Shown here one piece after another: positions 54,874-64,000 of a stretch of 64,000 bases of DNA. The notes under the pieces are model-generated. The model was given only the letters and a program-made list of their open reading frames with translations, did no database searches and was not told the DNA's origin. Each line of letters begins with the position of its first letter. The first letter of the stretch is position 1. The stretch is from Eledone cirrhosa (taxonomy: Eukaryota): NCBI GenBank assembly GCA_964016885.1, contig OZ024745.1, positions 47,678,001 to 47,742,000 of the forward strand, given 5' to 3'. A program made the position numbers and the translations under genes.

Positions 54874-55624
54874 ATCTTTATTTTTTTACCAAAACAATCT
54901 TATAAAAAATTCCATTCTTAATTTTGTTGCGCTATTATCAATTCGTATTTCAGTATCCAATATTGATTAAATAATTTTGTACTTACTGTTCTAACTCCCC
55001 AGTACTAATACTATTAGAGCTGCTGGTGTGATAACATTGACAATAGGAACAAGTTTAACTGAAATCAATGATGGAAATAAAGATGACCCATGCTTTAAAC
55101 TGAATTTTATTTTAGAGTTGTACTTGTTTGTCAAGTGATTTGATCTGCATCTTTGTCGAAATTGAAACAATTATATCATGACAGAGCTAAAAACACACAA
55201 AAACTGTTATATTCACTTGCATTTATTTTGTAAAGTGTACAAATTGCTGTACGTCTTCAGTCTTATTACCGTCGAGCTATTATAGGCCTCGTGTTTGTCT
55301 ATCCTTGGTGAACATATTGTTGTATAGGTGTAATGTATAACTTCCTAACCCTAGTTGTTGTCTTTTATGAAAATGTGTATATACCATTTTAGACCATTGA
55401 TTCTCAACTGGGTCCATATAAGAATTTTAGGGTCATCACAAAAAAATTAGTAAATTTCTTAAGCATTAGAGAAAGAAAACAAATAAAACAGTTAATTTAA
55501 AGCAGTTGATAAAATAATTCACTGGGGAACAAAAACAACTAGATTCAGTGGTAATGTGTAAATAAATTTATAAGCATATATATATACATACACACATAAA
55601 CAAAGAATGTTGTCTCATATATAT

Positions 55625-57075
55625 ATCATCGTTTTTACGTGTTTTTCCATACTTGCATGGGTTGGACGGGTCCTTTTCAGCACAGTATCTCTCCACATGT
55701 TGTTATCCTTCATCTCCATTCTGAGTTTCAGTGATTTGAGATCAGCTCTCACCACCTCTACCCAGGTCTTTCTCTACTGTGGTTTCCTTCCATTGGGATT
55801 TCTTAGCACTTCTTCACCCAGCAATTATCATCCATACATATACCAATGCAGTCTTTCCTCTCGCACACTATCTCTGTTTCTTCTGATACTTAGTTATTCT
55901 GTAAGTTCATCAAAGCTCTATTGTTCTCTTACATTAACATTGCACATCCATTGAAGCAGTCACTGCTCATGTTTTAGCTATGCAGTATAGCATTTCGAGC
56001 ACAGCTGACATACAGCCAGCCCTTCATTTAGAAAGAGAAACCTTTTATCAACAGTAGTAGTAGTAGTAGTAGTAGTAGATCCCTAAACTTCTTCCATCCT
56101 ATCCTTATTTTAGTTACTATACTTTCGAAGCACTCTCCTCTACAGCTAATTATATCACTCAGATAGCAGAAGCTATTGACCATTTCTATGGATCCTTCCT
56201 AGAAAAGATTCATATCATTGTTGCTGCTACTATCAATTAACCCTGAACATCTACATCAAAGTCTTACTTTCCTGTTGTCCCACTACATCCCTTGTGTACC
56301 CAAGATTTACATTGTATAGAGTTCATGCCTATTCCTTTTCTACATATTGAGCAGGGCCACTTCCCTGAAGGAGTCAGTTTTATCTTCTTTCCTATATACT
56401 AGCACTCTAGTTCTTCCATGGTTTCAGCTATAAGGACCAGATCATCAATGTACAGAAGTTCCCATGGACAGCCAGTCTTAAATTCCTAAGTTATGACCTG
56501 GAGAACTATGATGAACAGAAGTGGACTTGTACTTTAAACTCTTCACTAAACTCATTGCCTATACTCACTTTACTTACAGTTCCTCTGTACATGGCTTGCA
56601 CTGCTCTCACAAGCCACTCTTTTACCCTTAGTTTCTTTAGGGACCACCAGATGACAGATCAAGGTACTCAAAAGCCTTTTCTAGATCAACATATGCTAAA
56701 TATAACAGTTTATTCTTGGCTAGGAAATTCTCTTGCAGCTGTCTCACTAGGAAGAGGGCATCTGTAGTACTTTCCCAGGCATAAAACTGAACTGCAGCTT
56801 TTCTAACCTTACTCTTTCCCTAATTAACTGTGCTAGAACTCTTTCCATCACTTAGTTTTATTCTTCAGCAGCTGCTCCTTTCTAAAGCATCACTTTTTCT
56901 TTGTAGCAATTAAAAACTGTACTGTTACACCAGTCATTGGGTATGACTCAGTTGTGTATTACCTGATTGACTATGCAAGTTACTAGTTCACCTTCTACTT
57001 CTCCAGATGCTTTCAGCATCTCAGAAACTATCCCTTACCATCCTATGGCTTTACCATTCTTCATCTACACAGCCT
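55625..57075 (-). mobile_element. Old, decayed RTE copy
   Basis: Minus strand retains [17 protein letters not shown] and SGKWPCSICRKGIG plus the RTE terminal motif; many stops and deletions. Confidence 0.8.
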
Positions 57076-59332
57076 TATTTATGGATTTTGTTATTTACTT
57101 GAACTTGTTTTGATGCTTAGAATCGGTAATATTACAGTAATTCATTGTTTTTGTTTTTATTCATTTAAAGATAAATTGGACTTGTGCTACTGTTACAGTG
57201 CTTTGGATTCTAGCTTGAATTTTAAGCCCCTCAAGAGTTGTATCCTTGTAATACTTGACCCCATAAATTTAGCCTTAAAAATTAGACTTTTACAGGAGTA
57301 TATACAGTGTGTGTGTGTGTGTGTATGTATGTATATATATATCCCTAGTTCAAACGGAACAAACTAAAATAGGATTTTTTAACACATCAAATGGCTATGG
57401 GAGTATACCAGAGGGAAAATAGGAATCAAAGGGGTTCATAAGTAAATAAAGACCGAGAACTACTGTTTTAGACAAGCTACAACAAAAAGAAATCCTCTAT
57501 TTTGTAAAATAGTCCAGTATTAAATTATTCCTTGTTTGAACTAGAAGACTGACTGTACAAAATATTTTGTAAATTAAGATTTTTCTTTTTATTAGACCAG
57601 TCCAGAACTAGAATCGATTCTTTCTCTCCTTCTCTGGAAGAAATTGGCTATGTTTATACCTGGACAGGGGATGGGCTTTGTCAGGTTTAAAATGCCCAAG
57701 AAACACTGTAAGTTACTACGGTGCCACTACAACTCCACAAGTAGTTACATGTAAAAAAAATAATTACAGATCTTTCCCTGGATAAGGATTCCTCTGTATC
57801 ACTAGTTGAAGAGGATTTAAAATTGCAGTATCATCTCTACCCAATTATAGCTAGAGAAAGGTTAAGCATTGAGTTATCTTTTACAGAGACACAGTGCAGT
57901 TATAGTTATGATATGAGGGTTGATCCCCATAAACTCAAATAACTTTACCTCTTACTGCCTACTTATAGAGACAGAGATCAGTATATATATATATAATACT
58001 GGGGAAGGTGAGAGACGGAGGCGATGACAGTTGGAGTTTGGCTCCTCTGTGTCCGGACCTGGTGTACATGTGTGTGTATGTTTACTCTATTCACCCCTCA
58101 AATACAGTCACAGTCAAATGTAAACCAAGTGATTCATCTGACTTTCATACTAGACTCTTAGATTCATTAGTTATTGTGTTGATGTAACACCAGTTTTCTT
58201 GAGTTTGTCACATTTGGTTATTTGACTTTTCATGACCAGATGAATGCAATAGCTATTTTGACCAATTGATACATATGGTGAAACCAAACCCTTTAGCCAC
58301 ACACACACAAAGGTAGATAAATGAACTGATCCAGAGAGAGTTAGATCACTGGGTTATATTTGAACTATCTTTAGTTATCTAAAGGCTATCGTTTTTGTAT
58401 TTATTTTGCAAAATTCTTGAATCGGAGGAGCAAAAATAGTCATTGCGAAAGTCACAAAATGTGTAATGAAAGAGCTTTGAAAATTAAATAACCATCCAGT
58501 TACTAAGCTGGTGTGTGTGTTTAGTGGGAACATGGCCCTCCCAAAGTATAACAGCAACAAGTGTATTCATTTCCATAATTGCACATTTATTTTATGTTGA
58601 TTGCTATATATTTGAAATTATCACCTTATTTATTATCTAAATCATATATTTTTTCTTGCACATGTCGTGACGGATTTATTTTGTTTTTAATATACTACCA
58701 AATTGTAAAAATATAACTATCAATTTTGCTGTCATTTTTTACAAACATTCAAAATTGATTTTGTTTTTTGTTTTATTTACAATTTTTCTTCACCACTATT
58801 TTTTTTGAATAAATTATTTCTGCTACCTTATAATTTAAGGAATAAAATTTATTTCGCATTGTTATTTCTGTATTGATTTCATCCAGATGGTTGATTTTCT
58901 AAAAGTTTGATATATGACTAGCATAGTACCCATTAAACATTTGGGGTGTATAGTAAAAATAAAAACATTTAATAGCATGGTTTCAACATTCTAAATAATT
59001 CTTGATTCTCCTTCACCTTCATAATTTTCAATATGATTTCTTTTTCTTCTGCTTATTTATAGACAGATAAATAGAAATTATTATTTTTCTTGCTTGGCTG
59101 CTGTTTCCAGCTAACTTGTCTATAGAGTTGTTTTATTGTCACCACCAGAAAAGAGAGCAGGGTGGCAATAAATAGAAAAAAAAAAATTGTGAATACGTTT
59201 GTGTGTGCAACATAGAGAAGGGAGAAAGATGTTAAGGAAAGAAGAGAAATGCATCCCTTTCTCCTTGTCTTGATGCATGGAAATGAACAACTTCTGTTAA
59301 CAAAACCATGAACAATATATTTCAAGATAGAT

Positions 59333-59520
59333 CCTCCACGCTGTAAAGTGGTTGTGTAGGTGCCACGATCAAAAGCACCTAGTACTCACTGTAAATGAGG
59401 TAGGTGTTAGGAAGGGCATCCAGCTGTAGAAATCAAGGCAATGCCAGGTCAGGTGACCATAACAGGACAACTCGTCTAACCCATGCTAGCATGGAAGAAT
59501 GGACATAAAACGGTGATGAT
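59333..59520 (+). mobile_element. RTE/SINE A 3' fragment
   Basis: GGTGTTAGGAAGGGCATCCAGCTGTAGAAA...CCCATGCTAGCATGGAAG...GATGAT. Confidence 0.75.
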
Positions 59521-62500
59521 CCTCCATTGATTTCTACAATGAGCATTCAGCTCTTAGAATTTGACATTTAGTTAATTATTCTCTCTTGTCAATGGGTACA
59601 TGACTAGTGAGATTTGAACTCATGGCCATGTGATCATAGCCCAGAACCTTATAGTCATTGTGCATCATTTTCAAAAATAAAAGATTAACAACATTGAATG
59701 TTGTAAAACATTTATTAAGCAAATAAATAATTGATTAAATAAGTCATAACAATACATATTTTAGATACAAAGAATGTTTCACTGCTAAAAAAAATGATTC
59801 TTCTACAAAAGTTGCAATGAGAACTATTGTCTGGAGGAAATAGAACTGTTTCATACAAAAAGCCAGGCACCTCCAACAGTTTTGCAAGTTTTCTTTCCAT
59901 TTCTCTGTTTTGTAGTCAACTATCTTTATATATATATATATATATATATATATTTGAAATGAATTAGACCCAAAAAGACTAATCACAGCCTTAATCTTGT
60001 TATTTACACTGGAAATAACATGAGAAACCTTTGCTAATTTTCAGCAATTTTATCTAATTTTAAATTCTTTTATTTTTTCTTGTTTAACGTTTTCATCACA
60101 AAAATATAGTAACATCTTAAATATGATACAAAGAACAGACGAAGGGGGAGGGGGTTCTAGACTAAATGTATAGCATTTTTTCAATATTGCTGAAGGCCTT
60201 ATGACTACTTTGACAATTTATCTAAATTTTTTACAGAAATTCCCTAAACTAATTCTGTATACCTTTATAGATAAGATTCCAGCTCGTCATCAAAGGATTA
60301 TTAGATAAGTTTTAATGAATTATAAAATTAAAACAACTGATACAAATAGTGAATACTCAGTGCTGGTGATTATAGGTAAGTGTTGATGAGTGAGGGAACA
60401 AATTACTGAAAATAATCATTAGATAAATTAAACATTTTGGGTGGGGACAGAAATAATGACATTCTATTGTCTAACATTTTAGTGATGTTATTCTTTCAAG
60501 CTATCCTAGTCAGCAGTCTATGGTAAAAGATGTTACTGCTCGATTTCAGAAAGGAAGATGTGGCTTCTAAATGTTTAAATGTATTTTGAGATCTGAATGA
60601 TAAAGAAAAACACAAGTTAATTATTGAAAAATGAAGAAACTGATCAAAGTGATAATAGTTCTTACAAAAGTTTCAGTTAAGATACTATTTAGCAACAAAT
60701 TCTTATATTAAAATACAAAGATTATTCAATGTAATCTCACTTGTGAGGCTCATAGAACATACAGATAACCCTTCTGTTACCATATTTCTAATACTGCTTA
60801 TGATTTTCAAAGAATTTGGAGGGATTTAGTCATATATCTAACTTTAACATTAGGTTGGTGTATAATGTAAAGATTCTTACAGGAAGGTTTAAATTTTTTT
60901 ATCATAGAACCAAAAGCAGTTTCGGGTAGTTTGGTACCAAAAGGATTAATGAAATGGTTGAAGTTCTTACAAAAGTTTCAGTTGACAAGTAATATATTGG
61001 CAGAGTCATTAGATGGAGTGCGTTGTGGTATCTGCTCTCTGAGTTCAACTTTGCTATTTATCCTTTCAAGGTCATTAAAAAAGTACCAGTTTAGTACTAG
61101 TGTTGAATCTTCCTCTATATCTCTTTCTATGGAAGAAACCTGCTGAACTCAGGCCTAGGTTTCACCAGACTTAAAATGCCCAATAAATGCTGTATGGCAA
61201 TACAGTGCCCCTATGACTCCATTAGAAGTCCTTTATATATTAAAATATTGTGAAACTCATATAATATAGAAGATTAAAACATGAAGTATGTGATTTTGCA
61301 AGCATTGAAACAAGTATAATGATACTAATTTAACTGTTTCGTTACTATATTTCTAACGAAAGAAACTGCTTCTGATTTTCACGTCATCTTGAATTTAATC
61401 AAGATGATTTTCAAATCATTCTGAATATAAACTTTCTCATTATTAAGCAGGTGTTTGGAACATAACAAAGATTCTTACATAAAATGATGGTGGTAGGTTT
61501 TATAAAGACAATTATAAACACTTTAAAATATACAGCTTAATATTATAGACCCACCAGGGACAGTTTCAGGTGGTTTGGTATTAATGAGAAAAATATCTAA
61601 CATCATTATTTTCATGTTAGGTGTCAAATTGACAGAGCTGCTAGAGCATAAAACTTGTATTTTTTACATATTTGTGCTCTGAGTTCAAAACCCACTGTGG
61701 TTGGCTTTGCCTTTCATCATTTCAGGGTTGATACAGTGGTTTGGCAGAATTGTTAGGGCTTTCAATGAGATGCTTTGTGGTTTTTGTTCAAGTCCTTTGC
61801 ATTCAGAGTTCAAATCCTGCTGTGGCCTACATACCATTATAAGCTGAGAAATGTGTGACCAAAAATTCTACATATATGAGGTGTTAAAATGTTTTCGCTT
61901 TGGAGGTAAATATTACACTGGTTTCACTTTGTAGGTGTGATTTGTTTTGAATGAATATGGCCTTCAAAATGGTTGAAAATTGGTAAAATGTTAGAGGCTT
62001 GAAAGACACACCCTGTATGGTAGTTAGTATTACCATAAAAAAAACATGCCAAATACAGAAGATAATGAGCAAGCTTGGTTGCTCTGACTCGCCTGGTCTT
62101 GAACTATGACAACCCATGCCAACATGGAGAGATGATGTAATATAATATCATCATTATTGTTGTTTTTACATCAACTTTTTCATGGATTGGACAGGACTTT
62201 TTGAGGCAATGTTTTCATGAAACTAACTTTATTAATCTCCTCTTACAACATTAATACAGTGTACCTACATTATCTCTGCTCTTCTTGGTAGTAAATCATA
62301 GTTTATACATATGTATGTCCTTGAAAGAAATGACAAAAGGGTTCAAAATCTTTTTTTCAAATGATCTGAATATATTTGAAGGTTAAGCCCAGTAAATAAT
62401 GGGTTCTAATATAGACCACTAATTTGGAGAGAAAAGAAAGTTGATTAAATCAACTCTGGTACTTCACTGGTATTTCATTTTATTGACTTTAGAAAGATGA

Positions 62501-62772
62501 AAGGTAAAATTAATTATATCAACTCTAGTACTTGATTGGTGCTTTATTTTATCAACCTCAGAAGGAGAAAAGGCAAAGTTGACCATGACAGGATTTGAAC
62601 TCAGAAAGTAAAGAGCTAAGCATTTGTCTGACACTAACAATTCTGTCAATCCACCCCACTATATCTCTAAATAATAATCACCATTAGATAATGAATAATG
62701 ATTTATTACTATTTACTAATAGTTACAATTAATTATCAAATATAAAAATAATAATTACCATCATAGTGCCAA

Positions 62773-62870
62773 CTAAAAATTCTTCAATAATAGATTTTCT
62801 TTCATCTTTGCCTGTCTCCGATGAAGTTCTTCAGTAATAATGCGTCTAAGATTGGGATCGGTAAAATGAG
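62773..62870 (-). CDS. RIIAD1: RIIa domain-containing protein 1-like, last coding exon
   Basis: ttgtag|CT-HFTDPNLRRIITEELHRRQAKMKENLLLKNF*; joins in phase with 63819-63865. Confidence 0.8.
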
Positions 62871-63818
62871 CTACAACATAAAAAGTAACAAATCAAATAA
62901 TTCTGATAATTTACCAGAAAACACATTTTGAATAAAGTCTTAATTATTTTATCATATTTTTTTCAGTGCTTATGCTACGATAAAATGTACCCAGTACACT
63001 CAGTAAAAGTTATTGACATTAGGAAAAGCATGCAGTCATAAAATCTATGAAACATATGAACACATGTTTTTCCAACCTGTCTTGTCTCAGACCATGATGA
63101 CCCATCCAACTCATGCTAATATGAAAGACAGATATAATATGATGATGATGTTTTACATCTATCTTCATATGTCAGCATCAGTCTTTTACAACTTTGGATA
63201 TTTTCATAAGCTGGAATGAATTGTTCATACAAATATTACTATAGCTTGAGTCTTTCTGACAGTTACACTTAACTACAAAGGAGTGGTCGGTACCTTATTA
63301 GTTAAACAGGCAGCAACAAACAAAATAATGAGTCTTGCCTAAGAGAAAAACACAATAACTGTAGAAAGATTGAAACTCCATGTGATAATTTACCAACTAT
63401 TTTAACTTAGAAGCCCTTGTGTTTCCTTGATAAAGAAAGGTTCATAAAATATAACTCTATTATCCTCATTTATAAGCATGTTTTCATCTCTTCTCACTAC
63501 TTAATATTGTTGAGTTTTTGCTAAATCAAGCCAGTTAATAGCTAACAGAATTATCCATTAGCCAATAGTAAACAAACTTCTTAAAGTCATAAGAATAAAA
63601 GTTTAGGATTTTTTTACTATGACTATATCTTTGGAATAGCACTTCCTAGCTTTTTTTTTTTGTTTGCATCTTTATCTTTAATATAGGCTGATTTGGTTGT
63701 AGGATATGCTATACTAATTCAACAGGAGCTAAAGCAGAATTTACTACTTTGTACTTAGCAGTCGTGCATATACTTGGTATTTAATTATGTCAAAAACAAA
63801 ACAAAAGGCTTAATTTAC

Positions 63819-63865
63819 CTGCAGCAAACTCATGGATATTATCTGGTTGTTTCAATAGAATTTCA
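63819..63865 (-). CDS. RIIAD1: RIIa domain-containing protein 1-like, internal 47-nt exon
   Basis: ttttacag|T-EILLKQPDNIHEFAA-G|gtaaat; spliced EILLKQPDNIHEFAAAHFTDPNL resembles the RIIAD1 motif as recalled (EIFLKRPDNILEFAADYFTDPRL). Confidence 0.8.
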
Positions 63866-64000
63866 CTGTAAAAGATAAGTTTAAACAGAATGAAAAACGT
63901 GTTCATAAAAACAAATAATAGTTCATGCATTCATGAGAAATTTGTACATTATTATTCAGGACTTTAAGATGTCTATCTTTAACATTAAATATTAATTTTT

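Noticed and set aside
57995-58130. GC-richer segment with a small hairpin next to a TA tract
   Set aside because: No ribozyme core, no second copy in the window, nothing assignable.

Overview
Eukaryotic, AT-rich, repeat-dense genomic DNA. The SINE families and RTE 3' ends resemble those of octopod cephalopods (inference). Two host genes converge: a multi-exon DEPDC7/DEPDC4-like gene on + (six phase-consistent coding exons, 35208-52374) and the last two coding exons of a RIIAD1-like gene on - (62773-63865). Mobile DNA includes a near-intact RTE LINE with a PHD-like finger and many 3' fragments, a Penelope-like element (RT + GIY-YIG), two CR1/L2-group LINE copies, a CRE-like RLE remnant, a Gypsy integrase/foldback remnant, a Helitron, a mariner fragment, TTAA-type MITEs, two tRNA-SINE families and multi-kb (TA)n arrays. 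The most notable signal is a set of type I hammerhead ribozyme folds (12454, 13042, 18547, 28462), three with non-canonical cores, plus a same-shaped motif with no hammerhead core (20872), in Penelope-type modules mostly abutting (TA)n tracts. A Myb/SANT + poly-Q + 2x CCCH ORF at 1-1050 is missed by the ORF track. All calls were made by eye; no searches or folding programs were run.
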